From an uncultured delta proteobacterium (lineage in GTDB: Bacteria > Myxococcota > UBA727 > VGSZ01): a stretch of DNA of 64,000 bases. The stretch covers positions 1-64,000 of the forward strand of contig CAVZJB010000018.1 of NCBI GenBank assembly GCA_963775425.1. Reading direction: 5' to 3'. Both the position numbers and the translations under genes were made by a program. Shown here piece after piece: positions 27,259 to 36,378 of this stretch (its first letter is position 1; the number at the start of each line of letters is the position of its first letter). The notes below the pieces were generated by a model, which saw only the letters and a program-made list of their open reading frames with translations, ran no database searches and had not been told where the DNA came from.

Positions 27259-28367
27259 GAGCCGCGCTCCCTTGCGTCGCCCTGGCCGCGCTGGCCGCGG
27301 CCGCGATGCTGACGGCCGCCGGCTGTCCAATCTTGCCGGGGCCCGAGGACCTCGTGTCCACGGCCAACCTGGAGCTCCTCGTCACCGGCGCCGCCCCGGG
27401 CGCGCACGTCGACGTTGCCGTCGACGAGCAGAGCGGCGCGGGCGAGGCCGCCGACGACGGCAGCGTCTCGTTCCACTTCTCGCTGCCGGCGGGCGCGCAC
27501 GCGGGATCGGTGACGGTCTTCGACGTCCATCACCCGGACGTCGCGCTCCGCTGCGCGACCTTCGCGGTCGACGTCGGTGAGGCGCGCGCGACGCTCTCGC
27601 TCGACGTGCGCGAGGCCCCGTCGTGCGCGGGCGAAGGCGAGGGAGAGGGCGAGGGCGAGGGCGAGGGCGAAGGCGAAGGCGAAGGCGAGGGCGAGGGCGA
27701 GCCCGGGTGCCACAGCGACGGCGACTGCGGCGACGACGGCGCCTCCTGCACCCAGGGCGAGCGCTGCCTGGGCGGCGCGTGCGTCGGCAGCTACGACGGC
27801 GGCGCGTGCGGCGTCTGCGACGTCGACTGCGCGTCGACGTGCGGCGACTGCTGCGTGGCGTCCCACGGCGCCTGCCAGGACGCGTGCGGCGTCTGCCTCG
27901 CCGACTGCACCGACGACACCTGCGTGTGCGATCACTCCACCTGCGCGCGGCGCGCGTCCGGCGGCACCTCCACCGCCCTGTTCTGCGAAGCGGGCGCGTG
28001 CAACGACCTCATCCACGACGTCGCCGACGCCGCGTTCACGTGCGAGCACGCCTCCTCCTGCGCCGTCGACGTCGCGGGCGCGGGCGCCGCGCACGCCACC
28101 TGCGCCGACGCCTCGGAGTGCCGGGTGGCGTCGACCACGAGCAGCCACGCCTCGCTCGCGTGCACCGCGTCGTCGTGCGCGCTCGACTGCACCGCTGCCG
28201 GCGGCCCCTGCGACGTCGACTGCGGCGACGGCGCGACGTGCGCGCTGTCGAGCGTCGCGCCGCGCGCGGCCTCGCTCACCTGCGGCCCGCACGCTGCGTC
28301 GTGCACCGTCACGTGCGACGGGGTCGCGCACGCGTGCGCCGCCGGCGACGTCTGCGCCTGCCCCTGA
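27255..28367 (+). CDS. Cys-rich lipoprotein with (GE)12 linker
   Basis: Lipobox AAGC, GE repeat at 27630-27701, Cys-rich C-terminal half. Confidence 0.8.
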   Translation: MRAALPCVALAALAAAAMLTAAGCPILPGPEDLVSTANLELLVTGAAPGAHVDVAVDEQSGAGEAADDGSVSFHFSLPAGAHAGSVTVFDVHHPDVALRCATFAVDVGEARATLSLDVREAPSCAGEGEGEGEGEGEGEGEGEGEGEGEPGCHSDGDCGDDGASCTQGERCLGGACVGSYDGGACGVCDVDCASTCGDCCVASHGACQDACGVCLADCTDDTCVCDHSTCARRASGGTSTALFCEAGACNDLIHDVADAAFTCEHASSCAVDVAGAGAAHATCADASECRVASTTSSHASLACTASSCALDCTAAGGPCDVDCGDGATCALSSVAPRAASLTCGPHAASCTVTCDGVAHACAAGDVCACP

Positions 28368-28452
28368 TCGCGCGCCGGGGCTTGGGCAGGCCGTCGTCCC
28401 TCGCGCGGCACTTCGGCGCGAGATCCCGGTGCTGCCGTGCTAGGGAGACCGG

Positions 28453-28899
28453 GTGGGCGAGCGCACGATCCGACGGATGTGTCCAAGCTGCGGCATGGCC
28501 GACGCCGTCCCGCCGCAGGAGCTCGTCGACGGCGGCCAGTGCAAGCATTGCCGGGCCTGGCGCAAGACGGTCGCCGAGCCGATCGTCGTCGACAAGAGCG
28601 CGCTCGACGCGATCACGGCGTCGCTGCTGGTGCCCGTGCTCGTCGACATCGAGATCTTCGGCACGCCCGAGGAGCACGCGCAGACCGCGCAGCTCGAGCG
28701 CGTCGCGAGGAAGCTCGACGGCCGCGGCGTCATCCTGCGCCTCGACGCCGAAGAGCACCGCGAGCTCGCCTGGGGCCTCGGCGTGTCCGAGGTACCGACG
28801 ATGCTCGTGTTCAAGAAGAAGAACCCGATCTTCACATGGGAGGGCGCAGCCGACGCGGCACTCGTCGAAGAGTGGATGCGCCTGGCCTACCGCATGTGA
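28453..28899 (+). CDS. TrxC-like thioredoxin-fold protein with Zn finger, lacking the active-site CxxC
   Basis: CPSC...CKHC, PVLVD, GVSEVPTMLVFK; IFGTPEEH where WCGPC is expected. Confidence 0.7.
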   Translation: MGERTIRRMCPSCGMADAVPPQELVDGGQCKHCRAWRKTVAEPIVVDKSALDAITASLLVPVLVDIEIFGTPEEHAQTAQLERVARKLDGRGVILRLDAEEHRELAWGLGVSEVPTMLVFKKKNPIFTWEGAADAALVEEWMRLAYRM

Positions 28900-30254
28900 T
28901 GGCACGGCTCCTCGAGATCCTCACGCAGGGCGGGCTGGTGACGCCGTCGCAGGCGCGGGACGCCGCGAACCTCCAGGTCATCTACGGCGATCGCATCGGC
29001 ACCAACCTGCTCGCCTCCGGCGCGCTGCGCGAGACGGCCCTCGCGCGTGCGCTCGGCGCCGTGCACCGGGTGCCGTACGCCGCGGGCAAGGACGCGGACT
29101 CGCGGCCCGCCTTCACCCGCGGCATCCATCGCAACGTCGCCCTCGCCTTTCACGCCGTGCCCGCGCGCGTCGACGACGAGCGCGCGCTGGTGTTCATGTG
29201 CGACCCGCACGACGCCAACGCGCGCGCGCAGCTCGCCGCGCAGCTCCGGCGCTTTATCGAGCCGGTCATCGTGTGCGAAGCGCGGATGCGCTGGCTGCTG
29301 CACAAGTTCTACATGGCGCCCAAGCCGAGCCGCCTGGTCACGCTCGACGACGACGAGCGCGGCCGGCGCCGCCGCATCCGTCCGCGCGCCGAGACGCGCC
29401 CGCCGTCGGTGTACGCCACCGGTGACGAGACCACGCTGCCGATGGGGCGGCCCGCGCCGCCGCGCACGGCGTCGTCGTCCGGCGCCCCGCTGTCGTCGTC
29501 CGGCGCCCCGCTGTCGTCGTCCGGCGCCCCGCTGTCGTCGTGGCCCTCCTTCCTCGGGCCGCCGCCGTCGGTGGCCGGCTCCACCGAGGGCTTCGTCTTC
29601 GACGACCCGACGTCGCCGATGATCCTGCCGCCGGCGCCTGCGACCTGGCCGTCCTTCCTCGGGCCCGAGCCGCGCGACGCGTTCGCCGAGGACGAGGTGG
29701 ACGAGCTGCTGCTCGTGGAGCTCGAGCCCGTCGACGAGGCGCCGCTCATCACCGGCGTCCTCGTGGAGCCGCCGCGGGACACGTCGCCGCTGTCGTTCGA
29801 CGAGGCCAAGGCGCTGCTCGCCGGCGCCGAGGATCGCGACGAGATCGCGCTCATCGTCTTGCGCTCCTGTCGCTCGCTGTTTTCCCGCGCCGTGCTCTTG
29901 ACCGTGCAAGGCCGCACCGCGGTCGGCTGGGACGGCGTCGGCGACGGCGTCGACGCCGTGAAGGAGATCCGCCTGCCGCTCTCGTCGCCGTCGATCTTCA
30001 AGCTCGCCCACGACAGCAAGGCGCACTTCCTCGGGCCGCTGCCGAAGGAGAAGGTGAACATCCTGTTTTTGAAGCTCACCGGCGCGCAGATCCCCAAGAG
30101 CGCCCTCGTGGTTCCTGTCGTCGTCCGCGGCAGCGTCGTCAACCTCTTGTACTGCGACAACGGCAAGGGCCAGGAGGTCGCCACCGACATCGGCGACATG
30201 CTCGTCGTCGCCCAGCACATCAACCGCAGCTACGAGCACCTGCTCGCGCGGTGA
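28899..30254 (+). CDS. MshEN/T2SSE-N domain protein without ATPase
   Basis: ARLLEIL..GLV...Q.IYGDRIGTNLL, FMCDP; internal 21-bp repeat x3 (SSSGAPL); C-terminal VVNLLYCDNG domain. Confidence 0.75.
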   Translation: MARLLEILTQGGLVTPSQARDAANLQVIYGDRIGTNLLASGALRETALARALGAVHRVPYAAGKDADSRPAFTRGIHRNVALAFHAVPARVDDERALVFMCDPHDANARAQLAAQLRRFIEPVIVCEARMRWLLHKFYMAPKPSRLVTLDDDERGRRRRIRPRAETRPPSVYATGDETTLPMGRPAPPRTASSSGAPLSSSGAPLSSSGAPLSSWPSFLGPPPSVAGSTEGFVFDDPTSPMILPPAPATWPSFLGPEPRDAFAEDEVDELLLVELEPVDEAPLITGVLVEPPRDTSPLSFDEAKALLAGAEDRDEIALIVLRSCRSLFSRAVLLTVQGRTAVGWDGVGDGVDAVKEIRLPLSSPSIFKLAHDSKAHFLGPLPKEKVNILFLKLTGAQIPKSALVVPVVVRGSVVNLLYCDNGKGQEVATDIGDMLVVAQHINRSYEHLLAR

Positions 30255-30317
30255 GCTCGTCGCGAAGCCGCCGGCGTCGCCGACGTCACCGGAGCTTTGC
30301 CCCCGCTCGGCACGACG

Positions 30318-30887
30318 TCAGGGAGCGGGCACGTACAAGGTGACGCCCCGATGGACGGCGCCGTTGTTGAAGTCGGGCGGGTGCCACTCGACGCGCGCGA
30401 GGACGTCGACGTCACCGAAGGTGCGCGTCGTCGTCGAGAAGATCGGGTACGTGTCCGGATCGTGGAGGATCGCGACGGCCCACGTGGTCATCTCGGGCGT
30501 GACCTCCGCCTGCTGCATCAAGCGGTAGCCGTCCGGCACGGGAGGGTTGTCGGCGACGTTCGGCGTGGGCGCGCAGCACTCGACGCTCGCGGGCCCCGCG
30601 CACAGCCCCGGCGTGGCCGTGTGCGCGCCGAGGGCGGCGCACGCGTCGACGTCGATGCAGACGCCGGGGTTGCCGTTGACGGAACAGGCGACGTCGCCCT
30701 CGCCTTCGCCTTCCCCTTCGCCTTCGCCTTCGCCCTCGCCCTCGCCTTCCCCTTCGCCTTCGCCCTCGCCCTCGCCCTCGCCTTCGCCGACCTCGACGCC
30801 CGCGTCGGGCGCGTCAACGAAGACCGCCCTCGGCCTGCCGCCGCACGCAGCGACGACGAGGAGACCGAGGGCGGCGAGAGTGCGCAT
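30318..30887 (-). CDS. Lipoprotein with (GE)15 linker and small Cys-rich domain
   Basis: Lipobox VAAC, GE repeat at 30699-30788, GVCID..C...PGLCAGP...CC. Confidence 0.8.
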   Translation of the reverse strand: MRTLAALGLLVVAACGGRPRAVFVDAPDAGVEVGEGEGEGEGEGEGEGEGEGEGEGEGEGEGEGDVACSVNGNPGVCIDVDACAALGAHTATPGLCAGPASVECCAPTPNVADNPPVPDGYRLMQQAEVTPEMTTWAVAILHDPDTYPIFSTTTRTFGDVDVLARVEWHPPDFNNGAVHRGVTLYVPAP

Positions 30888-30900
30888 GGCGCGCGAGGGC

Positions 30901-32022
30901 TCAGCCCTTCTCGATGAGGTTGGTCTGCGGGTCGATCTTCACGCTGCCGGAGCCCTCGAACTGCACGCGCAGCCCCGGGGCGATCTTGAAGCCCCACGCC
31001 TCGAGCAGCGGCAGCGGGTTCACGAACTTGGCGTCGCCGGAGGCGGCGAGCTTCTGCAAGCGCCCCGAGATGCCGATGCTGGTGACCACGCCGTCCCTCA
31101 TGCCGATGTGGCCGTTGAAGACCATGCGCTTGTCGCGAGCCAAAGAAGGGTTCGTGAGGATGCGGTTTTGGAACTTGGGGTCGTCCGAGCGGCGCATGGC
31201 CGGCAGCGCGTGGAAGGTGCCGTCGGCGAGGACGGCGAAGTTCGCGTCCCACTTGCAGTAGCCCTCGGACGCCGACATCAGCGCGAACGGCTCGGAGTGG
31301 CCAATCTCGTCGTAGTGCTCGACGATGTTGCCCGTGCCCTTCATCTGGCGGTGCTCGTAGGTCGGCACCGTCCACGTCGTCTGCTTGCCCGTGCGCCAAT
31401 CGGTGCCGCTCTCCTGCTTGGTGCCGGTGAGCACGACCTGGTCGCGCGAGGTCTTCATGTCGTCTTCGATGGCCTTGGGCGTGAGCTCCGTATAGGAAAA
31501 CGCCATGGGCCCGGTGGCCGGGATGGAGTCCTGCACGCCGTACGGCGACCAGATGCCCGTGAGCGTCCACTGCGTCGGGTCGTGCTCGTCGCGCTCGGCC
31601 TTGGCCTCGGATTGCAGCACGTCATAGACGGTGGCGCCGGCCGCGAGCATGCCGTTCATCGCCTTCTTCACGGCCTCGGGGACGACGGAGCCGCCGTAGC
31701 TCTTGGTGCTCACGCCCTCCTGGAGGATGGCCTTCTCCTCGGCGGCGAGCCCGGGGGCGCGGCGGTCGACGTAGTCGTTGATGCGCTTGGCCTCGCCGGC
31801 GAGGTCGTTGAGCTGCGAGAGCTGCGTGCGGAGGTAGTCGAGCGCCTCCGGCGCCACCGTGTACTCGCCGTTTTTGGGCGAGAGGGCCTTTTCGAGCTCT
31901 TTGATCTCGCTCTTCGAGACCGACTTGCCAGCCGCCTGCAGCAAGGCCTTGGCGTCGTCGAGATCGAGCTTCTTGTCGGCGGTGCGCTGGATCCGCGCCT
32001 GGGTGATGTCCTTGACGGGCAT
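30901..32022 (-). CDS. Hypothetical protein
   Basis: GGAGG before the ATG, host-like codon usage, 373 aa, no recognised motif. Confidence 0.75.
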   Translation of the reverse strand: MPVKDITQARIQRTADKKLDLDDAKALLQAAGKSVSKSEIKELEKALSPKNGEYTVAPEALDYLRTQLSQLNDLAGEAKRINDYVDRRAPGLAAEEKAILQEGVSTKSYGGSVVPEAVKKAMNGMLAAGATVYDVLQSEAKAERDEHDPTQWTLTGIWSPYGVQDSIPATGPMAFSYTELTPKAIEDDMKTSRDQVVLTGTKQESGTDWRTGKQTTWTVPTYEHRQMKGTGNIVEHYDEIGHSEPFALMSASEGYCKWDANFAVLADGTFHALPAMRRSDDPKFQNRILTNPSLARDKRMVFNGHIGMRDGVVTSIGISGRLQKLAASGDAKFVNPLPLLEAWGFKIAPGLRVQFEGSGSVKIDPQTNLIEKG

Positions 32023-32113
32023 GAAGACCTCCGCCCCCTCTATCGCCCGCGGGCGGGGTTTGGCGCAATGCGCTGCCGCACACCCGCGCGCGGGCGGTGC
32101 TAGCTTCCCCGCC

Positions 32114-33130
32114 GTGATTCCCGGAGACGTCCTCGCGCGCTGGTCCCGCTTCGCCGGCGGCGCCGCCCGGCCCTTCGGGACGGGCCTGATCAACAAGACG
32201 TTCCTGGTCGAAAAGGCCGGTGACCGCGGGATCTTCCAGCGGCTGCACCCGGTGTTCGCGGGGAGCGTCAACGAGGACATCGACGCGGTCACGCGCCACC
32301 TGGCCAGCAAAGGCCTGGTGACCACGCGCGTGCTCGCCGCCGACGACGGCGCGTTGTTCGTCGAGCACGAAGGCGAGCTCTGGCGCGCGCTGAGCTTCGT
32401 CGACGGCGTGAGCGTCGACCGCGTGGACAGCCCCGCCCGTGCCTTCGCCGGCGCCGCCCTGGTCGGGCGCTTCCACGCCGCGGTCGCCGACCTCGCGTGG
32501 GATTACCGCCATGTCCGCGCCGGCGTCCACGACACGCGCGCGCACCTCGAGGCGCTCGCGCGGGCGCTCGAGGCGCACCGCGGTCACCGGCTGTTCTCCG
32601 AGGTGGAGCCGCTCGCGCGGGAGCTGCTCGCGTCGCCGCTGCCGGACCTGTCGGCGCTGCCCGAGCGCCACGCCCACGGCGACCTCAAGATCTCGAACGT
32701 GCTGTTCGACAAGGGAGGCGCGGGGCTGTGCCTCGTCGACCTCGACACCGTCGGCCGCATGATCTGGCCCTTCGAGATGGGCGACGCGCTGCGCTCGTGG
32801 ACCAACCCGAGCGGCGAGGACGTCGTCGACGCCGAGGTCGACGTCGCCGTCTTCCGCGCCACCGTCGAGGGCTACGCCTCCACCGCCGCCGCGCTCGTGT
32901 CGCCCGCGGAGAAGCGCGCCCTCGTCGAGGGCATGCGCACCATCTGCACCGAGCTCGCCGCGCGCTTCCTCGCCGACGCGCTCGTCGAGAGCTACTTCGG
33001 CTTCGACGACAAGCGCTTCGCCACCCGCGGCGAGCACAACCTCCTGCGCGCGCGCGGGCAGTGGGCGCTCGCCCGCTCCGTCGCCGGCAGCCAGGCGGAG
33101 CTCGAGCGCATCGTCGCCGCCGCGCTGTGA
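32114..33130 (+). CDS. APH-family kinase (N-acetylhexosamine/anomeric sugar kinase-like)
   Basis: GTGLINKTF, HGDLKISNVLF, LVDLDT, GDALRSW, HNLLRARGQ. Confidence 0.82.
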   Translation: MIPGDVLARWSRFAGGAARPFGTGLINKTFLVEKAGDRGIFQRLHPVFAGSVNEDIDAVTRHLASKGLVTTRVLAADDGALFVEHEGELWRALSFVDGVSVDRVDSPARAFAGAALVGRFHAAVADLAWDYRHVRAGVHDTRAHLEALARALEAHRGHRLFSEVEPLARELLASPLPDLSALPERHAHGDLKISNVLFDKGGAGLCLVDLDTVGRMIWPFEMGDALRSWTNPSGEDVVDAEVDVAVFRATVEGYASTAAALVSPAEKRALVEGMRTICTELAARFLADALVESYFGFDDKRFATRGEHNLLRARGQWALARSVAGSQAELERIVAAAL

Positions 33131-33134
33131 CCTC

Positions 33135-34862
33135 TCACCCGCGCTCGAGCACCACGAGCTCGACGCGCCGGTTCTTGTCGCGGCTCTTCGCGTCGACGCC
33201 GTGCACGAGCGGGCGCGAGCCGCCGTAGCCGACCGCCTCGATGCGCGCCTCGTCGACGCCGTGGGCGACGAGGTAGCGCTTGACCGCCGCCGCGCGCGCC
33301 TGGCTCGCGAGCAGGAGCTGCATGCGGCGCGCGCGGCTCGGCTCGGTGTGCGCCTCGACGCGCACCTTCTTGATCTCGCGGTGCGCGCGCAACAACGACG
33401 CCACGGCGTCGAGCGCCCGCGCGGCCTCGTCGTCGAGGACGGGCCTGCCGCGGCGGCGGCCCGCGAACGCGATGGGCGCGGCGACGTCGACGCGGCCGCC
33501 CGCGAGCGAAGCGGCGACGCCGCCGTCGTCGGGGCAGCCGTCGTCGTCGTCGACGCCGTTGTACGTCTCGGGCGCGCTCGGGCACCGGTCGGCGGCGTCG
33601 GCGAGGCCGTCTTCGTCCTCGTCGTCACCGGGGCAGCCGTCGCCGTCGACGACGCCGTCTTTGTCCTCGGCGACGTCGGGGCACGCGTCGTCGGCGTCGG
33701 CGATGCCGTCCTGGTCCCTGTCCTCGGCGACGCTGTAGGGGCAGCCGCCACCGTCGACGCGGCCGGGGGAGTCGGCGCACCGGTCGTCGACGTCGGCGAC
33801 GCCGTCGTGGTCGCCGTCGGGGCAGCCGCGCAGGGCGGCGGGTCCGGCGGCGGCGGGGCAGCGGTCGGCGGCGTCGAGGAGACCGTCGCCGTCACGGTCC
33901 GCCGGCGCGGCGACGGCCTCCGCCCGGGGCGCGGGCGGGGAGCGCCCGGGCACGAAGCGGACGCCGGCGAGCGCGCGGGCGAGCGGCGTGCCGGGCGCGC
34001 CGACGAGGGTGGTGCCGGCGGCGACGAAGACGTCGAGCGCGCCGAGGTGCGCGGTGACGCCGACGAGCGCCTCGCCGGGGTTGTCGCCCGCGGCAAGCGG
34101 CGTCGGGTAGACGACGAGCGCCTGGTTCACCGTGGCGGCGAGCTCGACGGGGCCGAAGCCCCAGGCCGCGCCCGCGCGCAGCGCGATCTCGTCTCCCTGC
34201 ACGACGTCGCCGAACACCGAGGGCCAGCGCGCGAGGAAGCCGGCGTCGGCGGCGACGCGCAGCGCGCCGAAGCGCAAGGACGCGTCGAGCTCCGGGGTGA
34301 GCGTGGGCAGGCCGTCGCCGATGTAGCGGTGGCGCGGGACGCTCGTCGGCAGCGTCACGTGGGCGGCGGCGGCGAGGTCGAAGGACGACGAGCGGACGAG
34401 CGCGAGCTTCGGGACGAGGCGCACGTCGTCGAGGCCGAAGGGGGCGATCGGGTCCTTGCCGGCGACGCCGGGGACGACGAGCGGGCCGCTCTGGAACACG
34501 ACGACCGGGAGCTCGGCGCCGAGGGACACGCCGTCCACGGGCGCCCACGACGCGAGCACGTGCGCGCTCACGCGATCGTCCACCAAAGCGGTGGTGCGGG
34601 CGCGGCCGCCCTCGGGCGAAAACGAGACCGTGAGCGGGTCAAGCGCGCCGTTCACGACGAGCGCGGCGTCGACGGCGCCGGCCGCGGGCAGCGCGCCGGA
34701 CTCCACGTCGAGGACGGCGCCTTCGTCGAGCCCCGGGCGCAGCCGCTCGACGTCGATGGAGCCCGCGCCCTGGCCCGCGAGCGCGTCGAGGACGCCGTCG
34801 GCCCGCGCCGGCCCCGCGAGCGCGGCGAGCGACACGACGGTGGCGAGCGTCGCGCCCCTCAC
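33135..34862 (-). CDS. TraB-like outer membrane protein (beta-barrel, TSP3 repeats, OmpA_C)
   Basis: Signal peptide, DRDGDG..DRCP repeats, VEAHT...RA..V..YL, NRRVE; GTG overlaps the upstream TGA. Confidence 0.85.
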   Translation of the reverse strand: MRGATLATVVSLAALAGPARADGVLDALAGQGAGSIDVERLRPGLDEGAVLDVESGALPAAGAVDAALVVNGALDPLTVSFSPEGGRARTTALVDDRVSAHVLASWAPVDGVSLGAELPVVVFQSGPLVVPGVAGKDPIAPFGLDDVRLVPKLALVRSSSFDLAAAAHVTLPTSVPRHRYIGDGLPTLTPELDASLRFGALRVAADAGFLARWPSVFGDVVQGDEIALRAGAAWGFGPVELAATVNQALVVYPTPLAAGDNPGEALVGVTAHLGALDVFVAAGTTLVGAPGTPLARALAGVRFVPGRSPPAPRAEAVAAPADRDGDGLLDAADRCPAAAGPAALRGCPDGDHDGVADVDDRCADSPGRVDGGGCPYSVAEDRDQDGIADADDACPDVAEDKDGVVDGDGCPGDDEDEDGLADAADRCPSAPETYNGVDDDDGCPDDGGVAASLAGGRVDVAAPIAFAGRRRGRPVLDDEAARALDAVASLLRAHREIKKVRVEAHTEPSRARRMQLLLASQARAAAVKRYLVAHGVDEARIEAVGYGGSRPLVHGVDAKSRDKNRRVELVVLERG

Positions 34863-36319
34863 GCCAGGCCCCCGTCGTCGTCGGGCGCGGCCTCGTCGTG
34901 GCGGGCGCGGCGCCGGCGGCGGCGGAGCATGCGCAACGCGAGCAAGGCGAAGGGCGAGCCGAACAGCCCGGCGCCCGCCGACGCGCAGTTCTGCGTGCCG
35001 CCGCCGAGCGCGGCGCGGTCGTCGACCCCGTCGCCGTTTTGGTCGACGAAGCCGTCGGCCCCGGGAGCGCCGTCGGCACCGTCTACACCGGGAGCGCCGT
35101 CGGCACCGTCTACACCGGGGGCGCCGTCGACGCCGTCGGCACCGTCTGCGCCGTCGGCACCGGGGGCACCGTCGGCACCGTCTGCGCCGTCGGCACCGGG
35201 GGCACCGTCGGCGCCGTTGCACACGAAGGCGCTGCTCGTGACCTCGCCGGCCGAGAGCGCGCCGTCGCCGTCGACGTCGCTGCCGCTGTCGACGCGCACG
35301 CCGCCCGCGGGGCAGTCCGCGTCTCCTTCGGGGAGCGGGACGACGTCGACGAGCGCGCCGCCGGGCGCGGGCGGCGGCGTGCTCGGGTCGGCGTCGCACA
35401 CGTCGGCGATGCCGTCGTTGTCGGCGTCGACGAGCGGCGCCGGGTCGAGCGTGGTGGCGCCCGCGCCGCCGTCGTCGACGTCGGCGCCGTTTTGCGACAG
35501 GCCGGCCTCGATCACCGTGTCGGCGCTCGTGCCGCTGATCGACACGGCCGTGTCGAAGCCGTTCAGGCTGCCGCGCAGGAGCGTCCCGGACGAGTCGACG
35601 ATCGACACGCCGACGCCGCCGGCCGCGCACAGGTCTCCCGCGTCGATCTCCACGTCGCTTGTCGACACGAGCTCGTACGCGACCGCGTACCCGGCGACGA
35701 CGTTGCCCGTGAGCACCTGGGGGCCCGCGAGCCCCGAGACGCGGATGGCCGTCCCCGCCGCCCGCGTCGACGCCACCGTGTTGCCGTCGACGGCGAGCGC
35801 GGCGCCCGGGGCGAGCGACACGTCGACGCCGGCCGACGAGCACTCCGCGAAGACGCTCGTGTCCACCTCGTCGTCACCGCCGACGTCGACGAGCTCGAGG
35901 CACGCCGCCGAGCCCGCGAAGCTGCTGTCGGCCACGACGACGTCGCCGCTGCCCGCGGAGAAGCGCGCGCCGGCGGCGGGGAAGCCGGAGACGTCGACGC
36001 CCGACAGGAGCACGACGTCGCTCGCGGTGACGTCGACGCCCACGCCGCCGGTGCCGAGCAGCGTGAGGTCGAAGACCGCGAGGCCGTCGGCGCCGGCGGC
36101 CACCAGGCCTTGCGCGCCGGCGTTCATGACATTCAGGCCGCCGTCGACGGCGACGTCGGCCGCCTCCACGCGCAAGACAAAGGGAGCCCCCGTGCAATCG
36201 AGGTCGGCGGTGTAGTCCACCTCCGTCTCGTCGACGTCGACGACGGTCCCGCACGGGGGATCGACGAGGACCTGCGACTGCGCGGGGACCGCGAGGGCGA
36301 AGAAGAGTGCGGGCAGCAT
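34859..36319 (-). CDS. Surface protein with beta-helix-like region, collagen-like G-X-Y repeats and MYXO-CTERM-like tail
   Basis: Signal peptide, CPAGGVRVDSG.D.DGDG, (GAD/GAP/GVD)n at ~35045-35220, GGGTQNCAS-hydrophobic-RRRRR. Confidence 0.8.
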   Translation of the reverse strand: MLPALFFALAVPAQSQVLVDPPCGTVVDVDETEVDYTADLDCTGAPFVLRVEAADVAVDGGLNVMNAGAQGLVAAGADGLAVFDLTLLGTGGVGVDVTASDVVLLSGVDVSGFPAAGARFSAGSGDVVVADSSFAGSAACLELVDVGGDDEVDTSVFAECSSAGVDVSLAPGAALAVDGNTVASTRAAGTAIRVSGLAGPQVLTGNVVAGYAVAYELVSTSDVEIDAGDLCAAGGVGVSIVDSSGTLLRGSLNGFDTAVSISGTSADTVIEAGLSQNGADVDDGGAGATTLDPAPLVDADNDGIADVCDADPSTPPPAPGGALVDVVPLPEGDADCPAGGVRVDSGSDVDGDGALSAGEVTSSAFVCNGADGAPGADGADGADGAPGADGADGADGVDGAPGVDGADGAPGVDGADGAPGADGFVDQNGDGVDDRAALGGGTQNCASAGAGLFGSPFALLALRMLRRRRRRARHDEAAPDDDGGLA

Positions 36320-36378
36320 GACGGGGGCTACGAGGCCTGCCCCCGGCGGGTTCGCCGCCCGCCGTGCTCGCGGTCACC

